64,000 bases of DNA from Octopus sinensis (GCF_006345805.1 NC_043014.1:45570001-45634000), one strand, 5' to 3'. Positions 39,092 through 51,546 are shown, counted from the first letter of the stretch. Notes: generated from the letters alone by a model not told the origin. Translations and numbers: made by a program.

Positions 39092-39440
39092 CAGGAGGCC
39101 CAATGGTTATGGCATCGGACTCACGGTCAGAGGATCGTGGTTTCGATTCTGAGCGTTGTGTGTTTATTGAGTGAAAACACCTAAAGCTCCACGAGGCTCC
39201 GGCAGGGGGTGGTGGCAACCTCTGTTGTACTCTTTCGCCCCAACTTTCTTTCTTCCTGTTTCTTGTCCCCGACTTCCTACGCAACCGCTGAGCCTGGATG
39301 TGCATTCATCCATCTGTCAATGTTCTCAGTGTTGGGGTTGACCTGCTTTCTTTTCTGCGGGTCTTACGAATAGCAAAGGACCATGTTTTGGACTTCTCCC
39401 ATCTTGCGAGCTCTGGGATGAAGACCATTCGCTCAACAGC
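39092..39440 (+). mobile_element. SINE family D variant (same head, different 3' half)
   Basis: Shares head and aaaacacctaaagctccacgagg segment. Confidence 0.65.
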
Positions 39441-39535
39441 AACATCTTCTGCAAGCTGTTGTATATATGTGTTCTGTGATCTTCCAGCCACTGTGGTACC
39501 ATGATTTGGTGTCCACAACAACACAATTACTCACA
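39440..39535 (-). mobile_element. RTE-type LINE ORF C-terminal remnant
   Basis: LLWTPNHGTTVAGRSQNTYIQQLAED resembles the RTE C-terminal LWxPxHG...GRP..TY..QL.ED motif. Confidence 0.55.
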
Positions 39536-39902
39536 AGTTCTTCTTTACTTCTCCAGCAGTGGCCAACCAACCTCAATCTCCACCCTTGGATCTCAAGTCA
39601 TTTAGTATCTTCTTTTAGCTTTTACTTGTTTCAGTCATTAGACTGTAACCATGCTGGGGCACTACCTTGTAGAAAAATTTCCAGTTGTATGAATTGACTC
39701 CAGAAATTCTTTTGTTTTTTATAAAGCCTGGTACTTATTCTATGGGTCCCTTTTTGCCAAACCGCTAAATTACAGGGACATGAACACACCAACAACAGTT
39801 TTCAAGCAGTGGTGAGAGACAAGCACAGACACACGTGTGTATATATATATAAAAAATCTTGCACAACAAATATATAAACGTGTGTGTATATATATATATA
39901 TA

Positions 39903-40110
39903 AAAATAGTAATGGTATGACAACAAAATGAATGAGACCTCGACATTATGTAAATAGAGGAATTTATCTGTAATACAATATATGACAATTATTTGGCAAT
40001 TTTTGATTGCCTTGATAACTGATGAGATGCCAGAGCAGATTTGTCTCAACATCCGAAACTCGGAGTTTTATTATGGCAACTGAATAATTGTCACATGTCA
40101 TATTACAGAT
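39903..40110 (+). mobile_element. Penelope-like pLTR fragment with inverted arms and hammerhead
   Basis: atctgtaata...tgacaattatt and aataattgtca...tattacagat flank a hammerhead fold; bounded by TA/TG tracts. Confidence 0.65.
40013..40073 (+). ncRNA. Type I hammerhead ribozyme fold, canonical CUGAUGA core
   Basis: Stem I ugauaa/uuauua, CUGAUGA, stem II gaug/cauc plus one extra C, GAA, stem III ACUC-G-GAGU, GUU site. Confidence 0.6.
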
Positions 40111-41888
40111 ATGTGTGTGTGAATATATATATATATGATGGGCTTCTTTCAGTTTATGTCTCCAAATCCACTCACAAGGCTTTAGTCAACCTTAGGCTAT
40201 AATAAAAGATATTTGACCAAGGTGCCACACAGTGGGACTGAACCCAGAACCCTGTGGTTGGAAAGCAAGCTTCTTACCACACAGCCATGCTAGTGCCTGT
40301 GTATATTAACTCTACAAGCATTCAGTTGTTTTTAGCATTACATACATTTAGAATATCTTTGAGCTTGAAAAGGCCTGGATTTTCAACCCAGACCCTTTGT
40401 GAACAATGTGAAAGGTTTCTAAACAACCCTAATCAAGTATTTGGTTAAAAAGTTATCATTGGGAGATATAAGTGGGGGTGAGGGTTTGGTTAATTTCTCA
40501 ATAACTCAAAGAGAATGGTTCCACACTGTCAACACGTCTTGACTATTATCAAAACAACACACCAAACACAAACTATCAGAATCCCATATAGTGTTTCAGA
40601 TCTATGATAAAAAAAAAGATTGATATTCATTATCCAAAGAAATATGTGGACGTGTGTGTGTGTGTGTGTGTGTGTTTGCCTGGGTGCATATATGTGCATG
40701 TATATGTGGTTTGTGTGTGATTTGCCTGTTAGCTTACACACACACATACACACACACAATCAGTGTATTAAATATCATTACTTTTTTTTCTTTTTAAACT
40801 CCCTGGACTCCTCCCCCTCCTCCTCATCATCATCATCACCATCATTGTTGTTTTAACATCTGCTTTGCCAAAGTTGCAGAGATCGGATGTTGCTTTATGG
40901 AAGGAGGTAGATTTTCTAGGTTTGGATGCCCTTACTGTTGCCAACCCTCACCTGTTCCCAAACAAAGTAATATTTCCTCCATGGTTGGACAGGTTTCCAC
41001 AATATTTGAAATGAATGACATTCATTTACAACAATCAATCTGTCAAGTCATGGACACACGGACACACACACACATACATGTGCCTTCTTGCATTTTCCTG
41101 CCTACCAAATCCACTTACATGGCTTTGTGTTGGCTTGGAGCAGTAAGTAGAACAACTTGCCCAAGACGGTGGAACTGAACATGAAACCACGTGGTCGGAA
41201 AGCAAACTTCTTCACCACACAGCCATGCCTGTTGCGTGGTGATGTGTATGCTTTCCCAGGAGTGTTAGAGCAAGAGTAGTAATAATAATAATAATAAGAC
41301 CTCATATTAATATTAGTTTCAAATTTTTGGCACAAAGCCAGCAAGTTCAGGGAAGGGGGTTAAGTTGATTACATTGACCCTGGAATTCAACTGGTACTTA
41401 TTTTATCAACCCTGTAAGGATGAAAAGAAAAGTTGACCTTGGAGTTTGAACTCAGAATGTGAAGACAGACAAAATGCTGCTAGGCAGATTGCATGGCATG
41501 GTAACGATTCTGCCAGCTCACTGCCTGAGACTGCATATTAATACTGCTTTCAGATTTTGGTACAAGGCCAACAATTTTAAGGGCGGGGTTAAAAGTGAAT
41601 TACATCAACCCCAGTGCTCAACTGCTACTTATATTATCAGTCCTGAAAGGCTGAAAGGCAAAGTCGACCCTGAGTAGAATTCCAACTCAGAGAAACATTA
41701 AAACAAAAACAAAACAAAACATTCAAGCAAGGTCGTTGCCAGTGCCACTGGACAAACTCCTGTGCAGGTGGCACGTAAAAAACACCATTTCGAGCATGGC
41801 CGTTGCCAGTACAGCCATACTGGCCCTCGTGCCGGCGGCACAGAAAATCACCCACTACACTCTTGGAGTGGTTGGTATTAGGAAGGGC

Positions 41889-42115
41889 GGCGAGCTGGCA
41901 GAAACATTAGCAAGCCGGGCGAAAAGCTTAGCAGTATTTCGTCTGCCGCTACGTTCTGAGTTCAAATTCTGCCGAGGTCGACTTTGCCTTTCATCCTTTC
42001 AGGGTCAATAAATTAAGTACCAGTTATGCACTGGGGTGAGGTAATCAACTTAATACCTATGTCTGTCCTTGTTTGTTCCCTCTGTGTTTAGCCCCTTGTG
42101 GGTAATAAAGAAATA
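41889..42115 (+). mobile_element. SINE family B, full length with 15-bp TSD, inserted in family E
   Basis: ggtattaggaagggc at 41874-41888 and 42116-42130. Confidence 0.92.
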
Positions 42116-43179
42116 GGTATTAGGAAGGGCATCCAGCTGTAGAAACTCTGCCAGATCAGATTGGAGCCTGGCGCAGCCATCTGGTTCGCCAGTCCTCAGT
42201 CAAATCGTCCAATCCATGCTAGCATGGAAAGCAGACGTTAAATGATGATGATGATGACGATGAATGTAAAGACAGACAAAATGTCGTTATTTTGCCTGGA
42301 GTGCTAACGAATCTACCAGCTCACCACCTTCAGATTGCATATTAATATTAACAAGAAGATTCACAAAAGCTAAGACTTAGTATTATTGTTACTGCCACAG
42401 ACATAGTTCACTTTTAAGTTTGATACAACCAAAGAATAACATTCCTCTGTGTCTAAACACAAAGTTAGTCTCCATTAGTACCACACACACACACACATAT
42501 ACAGGCTCCTTGACAAGTCAACTTTCAACACCCACCTCCATCTCTCATCTCATCCATGTCTTCCTTTAAAATATAGAGGAAGATCATAGATTAGATAACT
42601 GTATACTGTTAGAGACATTTTAAATGTGGCTGGTGTGGAAAGATAGTGGCTGTCTATTGGAGATTCTAGTCTCCATTCCAATAGTGAAGGACAGCCAATG
42701 ACTGTGGACATACATACATACATACATATACATACAGAGAGATAGATGGATGGGGAGAAATAGACAGAGATAAGATGGGAAAGATAAGGAGTAAAGAGAC
42801 AGAGAGAGAGACGGGGTGGGTAGAAATTGTCATCACATACAATTACATAAAGAAAAGATAAAGAGTCTGGTCTTTTCTGTGTGTGCGAGAGAGAAAGAGA
42901 GGGCGTGGCAACATACACAACAGCCAGACAGTTCTCTGAAGTGTTGATAGATATAGTACACACACACACACATACACAGAATGTGTGTATGTGTTTACTA
43001 TATATGAGGCGCAAGCATGCCTGTGTCATTAAGAAAAATTGCTTTGCAACTACGTAGCTCTCGGTTCAATCCCACTGTCTGGTACCTTGGACAAATGTAT
43101 TATATAGCATTAGTTTCACTAATACATCAGAAATGAATTAGTTCTCAAGTGGTGGTGGGGAATATATATATTCTTTTAT

Positions 43180-43373
43180 TCTTTTACTTGTTTCAGTCAT
43201 TTGACTGCGGCCATGCTGGAGCACCACCTTCAGTCGAGCAAATCGACCCTGGGACTTATTCTTTGTAAGCCCAGTACTTATTCTATCGGTCTCTTTTTGT
43301 CGAACCGCTAAGTGACGGAGACGTAAACACACCAGCATCGGTTGTCAAACAATGCTAGGGGGGACAAACACAA

Positions 43374-43409
<36 letters not shown>
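43180..43409 (-). mobile_element. SINE family A, 3' half ending in (TA)n
   Basis: Tail to microsatellite; 5' half not seen beyond the Penelope-like tandem. Confidence 0.85.
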
Positions 43410-43410
<1 letters not shown>

Positions 43411-43540
43411 CCGGAGTAAACACATAAATGTGAAACAAGGTGGAAAAAAGAGTACTCAAATACCAGTGGTAGAGTAATATGCTTTATTTAAAGCAGCAGA
43501 AAATTCAACAAAACGTTGCCGTTCGTCGGACAGTTTTTAA

Positions 43541-43578
43541 CTGTCCGATGAACGACAACGTGAAACTCAGAGTAACAG
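43541..43578 (+). ncRNA. Minimal type I hammerhead ribozyme fold (CCGAUGA core)
   Basis: Stem I cugu/acag, CCGAUGA, stem II acg-acaa-cgu, GAA, stem III ACUC-A-GAGU, GUA site at 43572-43574. Confidence 0.65.
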
Positions 43579-43687
43579 GTTTTGTTGAATTTTCTGCTGC
43601 TTTAAATAAAGCATATATATATGTATATATACATATATATATATAATATATACATATATATATAGATATATATATATACATATATAT

Positions 43688-43725
<38 letters not shown>

Positions 43726-43833
43726 CATACATATATATATATATATATACATTATATATACATTATATATATATATACATATATATATATATTATATATA
43801 CATACATATATATATATATATACATACATATAT

Positions 43834-43883
<50 letters not shown>

Positions 43884-43889
43884 ATATAC

Positions 43890-43937
<48 letters not shown>

Positions 43938-43998
43938 TATACATATATATATATAATATATATATATATATATAATACATATATATATACATATATAC

Positions 43999-44034
<36 letters not shown>

Positions 44035-44127
44035 ATATACTATATATATATATATATACATATATATATACATAATATATACATATATATAATATATATA
44101 TATATATATAGATATATATATATACAT

Positions 44128-44167
<40 letters not shown>

Positions 44168-44182
44168 CATATAATATATACA

Positions 44183-44258
<76 letters not shown>

Positions 44259-44411
44259 TATTATATATATATATATATATACCGGAGTAAACACATAAAT
44301 GTGAAACAAGGTGGAAAAAAGAGTACTCAAATACCAGTGGTAGAGTAATATGCTTTATTTAAAGCAGCAGAAAATTCAACAAAACGTTGCCGTTCGTCGG
44401 ACAGTTTTTAA

Positions 44412-44449
44412 CTGTCCGATGAACGACAACGTGAAACTCAGAGTACAAG
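44412..44449 (+). ncRNA. Second copy of the 43541 hammerhead, stem I 3' arm altered
   Basis: Identical through GUA (44443-44445), then caag instead of acag. Confidence 0.45.
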
Positions 44450-44518
44450 TAGTACGGTTTGTTGAATTTTCTGCTGCTTTAAATAAAGCATATATATATG
44501 TATATATACATATATATA

Positions 44519-44551
<33 letters not shown>

Positions 44552-45001
44552 ACATATATATATATATATATGCACATACATATATACATATGTATGTACA
44601 CACACACACACTTGCGCAGATTCTTAAAACCAGAAAGGAGAAAGCTGATTTGAAGATTACAGATCCAAGCCATCGCTGGAACTGCAAAAGTTTGTAAAAC
44701 TTCCCAGAAGTTTAGCATCTAAGTACATATGTGTGCATATCCAGACATGCATCTATATGCATGAGAGTACATATATAAAACAAAACATACACATCTGCAC
44801 ATGCACTGACTCCAAATGCTACATACATGCACACAAACATACAAAAATACCCTGTCAATGTTTGTGAAATTCTAATGAAGGAGCCTTCGATCAAGATTAG
44901 AAACCAGCTCTTTCTTTGTTGGCAAGAAATCTTGAAATAAAACAGAACAACAACATACATACATATAAAATTAGACTTTCATTGAATATGTAAACAGACA
45001 G

Positions 45002-45398
45002 GAGAGGCTGTGTGGTAAGTAACTTGCTAACCAACCACATGGTTCCGGGTTCAGTCCCACTGCGTGGCATCTTGGGCAAGTGTCTTCTGCTATAACCCCG
45101 GGCCGACCAATGCCTTGGGAGTGGATTTGGTAGATGGAAACTGAAAGAAGCCTGTCGTATATATGTATATATATATATGTGTATGTGCATGTATGTTTGT
45201 GTGTCTGTCCCCCTAGCATTGCTTGACAACCGATGCTGGTGTGTTTACGTCCCCGTAACTTAGCGGTTCGGCAAAAGAGACCGATAGAATAAGTACTGGG
45301 CTTACAAAGAATAAGTCCCGGGTTCGAGTTGCTCGACTTAAGGCGGTGCTCCAGCATGGCCGCAGTCAAATGACTGAAACAAGTAAAAGAGTAAGAGA
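45002..45398 (+). mobile_element. SINE family A
   Basis: Colinear with other copies. Confidence 0.85.
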
Positions 45399-45767
45399 GA
45401 CACAGACAGAACCAGAATAAACAAGTAACAAGAACTAGGGACTTGACAGCATTCACCCGGGGTGGGTTGAGCTGGCTTCATTCATCCTCAATGCTGCATC
45501 TCTCACAATCAGCGAACTGGGATGCTAATGCGACACAGAAGAACTAGGGAGAAAAGGTGGAGCAATATTAGGGGCGGAGACTTATCTTCTCTCTTTAACT
45601 GACGTCAGTATTTTCAGACAGCAGATATAAACAACGGGACAAAGAAGAAACCAGCGAATGGGGTTTTAAGAAACTAAATACCTTGATGCTCCTGACAAAA
45701 CTGCTCAAGACAGACCATATCTAGAATTGATAGACTGAAGTAATTTTAGGACTTATTTATTTAAAAG

Positions 45768-45980
45768 TATGAGGGGACGCTGAAAAGTTCCTGGCTTCGA
45801 GGGTATCATGAAAGGCCTGATTGAAGGCCCAACTTTCCGAGTTCTTTTACAGGGCTCAGAAAAAGTGAAGGACTGCTGCAATAAGTGTGTGAATCTGAGA
45901 GGGGAATAGGTTGAATAAAATCATAATTAACTGATCCTCTTCTATTTTCTTTTATCCAAAGCCAGAAATTTTCACCATTC
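45768..45980 (+). mobile_element. Mariner-derived MITE
   Basis: ta-tgagggg..gctgaaaagttcctggc left end; internal KDCCNKCVNLRGE*VE* matches a mariner transposase C-terminus; right end degraded. Confidence 0.7.
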
Positions 45981-46057
45981 AACTGGTACTTTTTTATAGA
46001 CCCTAGGAGGATGAAAGGCAAAGTGGACTTTGGCAGAATTTGAACTCAGATAAATCC

Positions 46058-46575
46058 CTAGAGCATGGATATAGCCCTGGAGCATGGATACAGCCCTGGA
46101 GCATGGATACAGCCCTGGAGCATGGATACAGCCCTGGAGCATGGATACAGCCCTGGAGCATGGATACAGCCCTGGAGCATGGATACAGCCCTGGAGCATG
46201 GATACAGCGCTGGAGCATGGATACAGCCCTGGGGCATGGATACAGCCCTGGAGCATGGATACAGCCCTGGAGCATGGATACAGCTCTGGAGCATGGATAC
46301 AGCCCTGGAGCACGGATACAGCCCTGGAGCATGGATACAGCCCTGGAGCATGGATACAGCCCTGGAGCATGGATACAGCCCTGGAGCATGGATACAGCTC
46401 AGGAGCATGGACACAGCTCTGGGGCATGGATACAGCCCTGGGGCATGGATACAGCCCTGGAGCATGGATACAGCTCAGGAGCATGGACACAGCTCTGGGG
46501 CATGGATACAGCCCTGGGGCATGGATACAGCCCTAGAACAAAACACAGCTCTGGGGCATGACACAACCCTGGAGC
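46058..46575. repeat. 19-bp minisatellite (agcatggatacagccctgg), about 27 copies
   Basis: Direct reading; produces 19-aa-period ORFs in all six frames. Confidence 0.95.
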
Positions 46576-47271
46576 TTGTTGATTCCATATCAAACTGTCC
46601 TACCCATGCCAGCAATGGAAAGCGGATGTCAAATGACAACCATGATGATAACGATGATGATGAGGAATGTCGCCAATATTTGTAAGTTCTATGTAAAAAA
46701 CAAAAACAAAAAAACACAGGTTCAAGCTCATAATTAGACAGAACTTGCTGTTCATCCTGATAATAGGTGTTTCTTTTGAATGCAACAACTAATTAACGGC
46801 TTACGGCATGCTTTCAGTGAATGGAGTCATTCTACAAGCTTCCTGGCTTCAACGTTTATCTGGCTACACTCAAGAATTTAACTGAGTATGAGTGTGAGTG
46901 TGTGGGGGCAGGGGAGATACAAAGAAAATCTCTTTTCCTGCCATTCAAGTCTGTTCCTCTCTCATACGTACATACAACAGAAAGTGACTAGGAATATTAC
47001 AATAACAGCTTAAAACACTATCAGCAACGCTTTAACGAATAATTAAGGGGTAACAGCAGCTTGGAATCTTCAGGGTTCCTCCTCACTAAAGAGAAAAACA
47101 AAACAAAAATAAAAACCAGTACAAAATCTACTGTAATTGTTTAAGGTGGTGGTGTTGGTGGTGGGTGTCGAACAAGTTGGCTAAGACAGTCCAGAATATT
47201 TCAGATACTCTAAATGCATCACATTCTGTGTAGGTGTGTATGAAAGAGAGAGAAAGAGAGAGAGAGAGAGA

Positions 47272-47304
<33 letters not shown>

Positions 47305-47464
47305 TGTGTGTGTGTGTGTGTGTGCGCGCGCCACATTTCCTGGTTGTGTTGTCACCATACATTGTAAAGTAACTAAGCAAGCAGACACTTTGTTGGCTTT
47401 TGACAATGGCATTCCGTTGCTTAATCAATTGAACTGCCGCCTCATTGAATTTTAGATATATATG

Positions 47465-47828
47465 TACTCTTTACTCTCTTTTACTTGTTTCAGTCATTTG
47501 ACTGCGGCCATGCTGGAGCACCACCTTTAGTCGAGCAACTCGACCCCGGGACTTATTCTATTGGTCTCTTTCTTTTGCCGAACCGCTAAGTGACGGGGAC
47601 GTAAACACACCAGCATCGGTTGTCAAGCAATGCTAGGGGGACAAACACAGACACACAAACACACACATATATATATATATACATATATCCGACAGGCTTC
47701 TTTCAGTTTCCGTCTACCAAATCCACTCACAAGGCATTGGTCGCCCAAGGTGCCACGCAGTGGGACTGAACCCGGAACCATGTGGTTGGTTAGCAAGCTA
47801 CTTACCACACAGCCACTCCTGCGCCTAT
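47465..47828 (-). mobile_element. SINE family A
   Basis: Colinear, short internal deletion. Confidence 0.85.
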
Positions 47829-47895
47829 ATAAAATATATATATATATATATATATAAAGTTTTTGAGTAGCTGTGTATTCCACAGGCAGAATAAA

Positions 47896-47939
<44 letters not shown>

Positions 47940-48988
47940 AAAGAGATAAGAATGCACTTTTGAATCACAGGCCATTGAATGGACTTCCACAATTCCTGTT
48001 TATCTAAGGCTAGCCCAACATGTCAAGAAGTGGGATCAAACTTGGGACCTCGGCATTGCAAGCAAACTTCTTAACCCCTTGGCCATGCATGCGTCTACTA
48101 CACATACTCTCACTTTCTCTTTCTCTCCCCAACAAAGTTTCTTTAACTTTAAAATAAAGGTCACTTTACACAAAGTAGTTCAAAATACATAAAAAAAAAA
48201 CGTGATGTTGTGATAAGAATGCCTTTGGTCATAATTCTGCTTGATTAGAGTTGATTTGGCATTGAACATCAACTGCAATAGACTAGCATGACTCAACAAA
48301 GAGAGCTTCTATGTATTCACTTGACATGCTAGAAATAGCAGTCAAGCTTACTCAGATTATGCTCCACCCAGCCATCATATAAAGAGAAGGACACATTAGG
48401 TAATGTAGTCTTAGGTAATGCAAACTATGTCAGAAGGGAAGCTGGGATGGTCACAGCTGGAACGCCTGTTCAATTAGGTTTGAACCCTGGGCTAAACACA
48501 CACAAACACATAAAGAGAGCCGTTCAAGAAGAATTTGGACCTGGAGATCTCCATTTCCAGCGACTCCGAGGGCCACCTCCCAGTGGTGTCGGGCGTCAAC
48601 GAAGAGCCCTCGACTACAACAAGCCGACCAAAGTTCTTTTTTTCCAAGGTCTGGGGTCTCCGCCCCTAAGCCCTAGACAATCACCCTTACCCCGGCTTGT
48701 TGCTTAACAACAACAACAACAACATAAAGAGACAGACTGTCACACATATACATGCAGACAATAAACCCACAGTCACACACACACACACACACAATATTTT
48801 TAGGAAGAAATAGCAACAAAATGATTAATTGGTTTTGGACGAAAGAAAATAAATTGCTTCCCAAAAACGTTAAATGTCGAATGTCAGAGGTCAGACTTTC
48901 TGATAAGACTGGTTGAATAGACTTTATTTTGTCAACTAGTGACTTCCATACAGGCTGTGTTGTGTATGATAGGGTATTGTATTGTGGT

Positions 48989-49375
48989 GTGGAGGCGCAA
49001 TGGCCCAGTGGTTAGGGCAGCGGACTTGCGGTCATAGGATCGCGGTTTCGATTCCCAGACCGGGCGTTGTGAGTGTTTATTGAGCGAAAACACCTAAAGC
49101 TCCACGAGGCACCGGCAGGGGATGGTGGTGATCCCTGCTGTACTCTTTCGCCACAACTTTCTCTCACTCTTACTTTCTGTTTCTGTTGTACCTGTACTTC
49201 AAAGGGCCGGCCTTGTCACTCTCTGTGTCACGCTGAATATCCCTGAGAACTACGTTAAGGGTACACGTGTCTGTGGAGTGCTCAGCCACTTACACGTTAA
49301 TTTCACGAGCAGGCTGTTCCGTTGATTCGGATCAACCGGAACCCTCGTCGCCGTAACTGATGGAGTGCTTCTCTC
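48989..49375 (+). mobile_element. SINE family D, full length with 13-bp TSD
   Basis: TSD attgtattgtggt at 48976-48988 and 49376-49388; near-identical to 22701-23086. Confidence 0.92.
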
Positions 49376-50385
49376 ATTGTATTGTGGTATTGTGTTAGAG
49401 CCAGTGGTTGTAGTCGCATTACACATTCAATACACTGAAAATAGGTAACATAATAAATAAATGAGCTAAGAGAAATAACTCAATCAGGCTAATGAATGGC
49501 ATATCTTTTATCTTTTGCTTGTTTCAGTTATTGGACTGCGGCCATGCTGGGGCACTGCCTTGAAAGATTTAGTCAAATAGACTGATGCCAGTACCTATTT
49601 TTTTCGCACCCAAGTTTGGTAGTCTTTTGCTGGACTGTTAAGTTGACATTGACAAGTCCCTTTACCCCTTGGGGTTTGTTGGAGTGCTGCAAACCATGCA
49701 GTGTATCTAGGGCTAGAAAGCCTAGTGGAGCCCATCCCTTTCCAGGTTAAACTCATTTCTACAGCTGAGTGGACTGGAGCAACGTGAAATGAAATGAAGT
49801 GTTTTGCTCAAGAACACAATGGATCGCCTGATCCAGTGATTGAAACCACATTCTTATGATTGAGAGTCAGACACCCGCATCACTAAGTGATGCGCCTCCA
49901 CTAGTGGTACTCATTTCTACAGTTGAGTGGACTGGGGCAACATGAAGTGAAGTGTTTTGCTCAAGAACACAATGCATCGCCCGGTCCTGGATTTGAGACC
50001 ACAATCTTAGGATCAAGAGTCCAACACCTCAACCACTAAGCCACGTGCTCCCACTACTGCTAAGTTACGTAGGATGTAGATATATATGTGTGTGTGTGTG
50101 CTTGCCCCATCACCACCACCACTTGGCAACTGGTGTTGGTTTGTTTACTGCTAAGTTACAAGGGATGTAAATAACACAACACCAGTTGTCAAGGCAAACA
50201 CACTCACCCATACACAAGAGGCTTCCACACTGTTTTTGTCTACTAAAGCCACTCATAAAGCAGTGGTCAGCCTGATGCCAGGCCTATTATAGAGGACACT
50301 TCAATTGATGGCTAACAACATCAGATATCTCAATTTTGGTTCCATTTCTGAGCAAGAACAAAATGAACATAGAAAAATAATTTCA

Positions 50386-50417
<32 letters not shown>

Positions 50418-50745
50418 TCAAAGGCATTCCAACTATGACCATCCCATTTATGCAGGGAACCCAAGACCACATCCAACATGTACTTTTCGGAGAGGATACA
50501 ATGGAATTTTAGAGTAACCCGACTGCTATTTTTTTGCATGTTGAAAGGCAAAGTACAGGCTTCCACATTTGGCTCACAAACGAGGTAGTTATTACAATTA
50601 ATGTTAAGCCAGTTTCTTAACAATTTCAGCACTCCTAAATTAATGTCAACATATATAACCCGTCAAAAAAAATACACCAAAGAGAGGGGAAAATGGAGGG
50701 AAAAAAACAAAACAAAACAATCTTAGTGATTGAATTGATATACTC

Positions 50746-50950
50746 TTTGCTCTTTTACTTGTTTCAGTCATTTGACTGCAGCCATGCTGGAGCACCGCCT
50801 TTAGTCGAGCAAATCGACCCCGAGACTTATTCTTTGTAAGCCCAGTACTTATTCTATCGGTCTCTTTTGCCGAACCGCTAAGTTACGGGGACGTAAACAC
50901 ACCAGCATCGGTTGTCAAGTAATGCTAGGGGGACAAACACAGACACACAA

Positions 50951-50995
<45 letters not shown>

Positions 50996-51162
50996 TATGA
51001 CAGGTTTCTTTCAGTTTCCGTCTACCAAATCCACTCACAAGGCATTGGTTGGCCAGGGGCTATAGCAGAAGACACTTGCCCAAGATGCCACGCAGTGGGA
51101 CTGAACCCGGAACCATGTGGTTGGTTAGCAAGCTACTTACCACATAGCCACTCCTGCGCCTA
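50746..51162 (-). mobile_element. SINE family A
   Basis: Full length. Confidence 0.9.
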
Positions 51163-51424
51163 TATTGATGTATTTATATAAAAGTGTTGTTACATTGAAA
51201 CATTGAAGTTAAAAAACAAAAACAGGACATCTTGTGAGATCATTTGGTGGGGGTGGGCAAAAAAAACGGATCTCTTGCTTCTAAAAATAACCCATGAACA
51301 AAGCTTTAGTAGGTCAGTTGGAATATTTATAGGTAAATAAAGAATACTGTTCCATTACCCTATCAGGTAAGAGATTATCTCTCTCACTCTCCCTCCTTTC
51401 CACTTTTTCTCCCATATATATGGC

Positions 51425-51546
51425 TGAGCAATTTCTTTTATATATATGTATATATATGTGTGTATACATATACATATATGTGTGTGTATACATATACATA
51501 TGTGTGTGTATATATATATATATGTGTGTGTGTGTGTTGTGTGTGT

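Larger units (their letters stand above)
39620..40290 (-). mobile_element. Degenerate SINE family A with Penelope-like insert in its microsatellite
   Basis: Tail 39620-39830, head 40135-40290, insert 39903-40110. Confidence 0.75.
43410..44491 (+). mobile_element. Two tandem Penelope-like pLTR units (43410-43614, 44281-44491) separated by about 665 bp (TA)n
   Basis: Near-identical units with period 871 bp; each has 36-bp perfect inverted arms around a hammerhead. Confidence 0.75.

Noticed and set aside
45972-46717. Six overlapping 130-206 aa ORFs with a 19-aa period
   Set aside because: Product of a stop-free 19-bp minisatellite; open in all frames, no splice support
46809-46885. AG/GTAAG-bounded segment on the minus strand
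   Set aside because: Stop codons in all three frames
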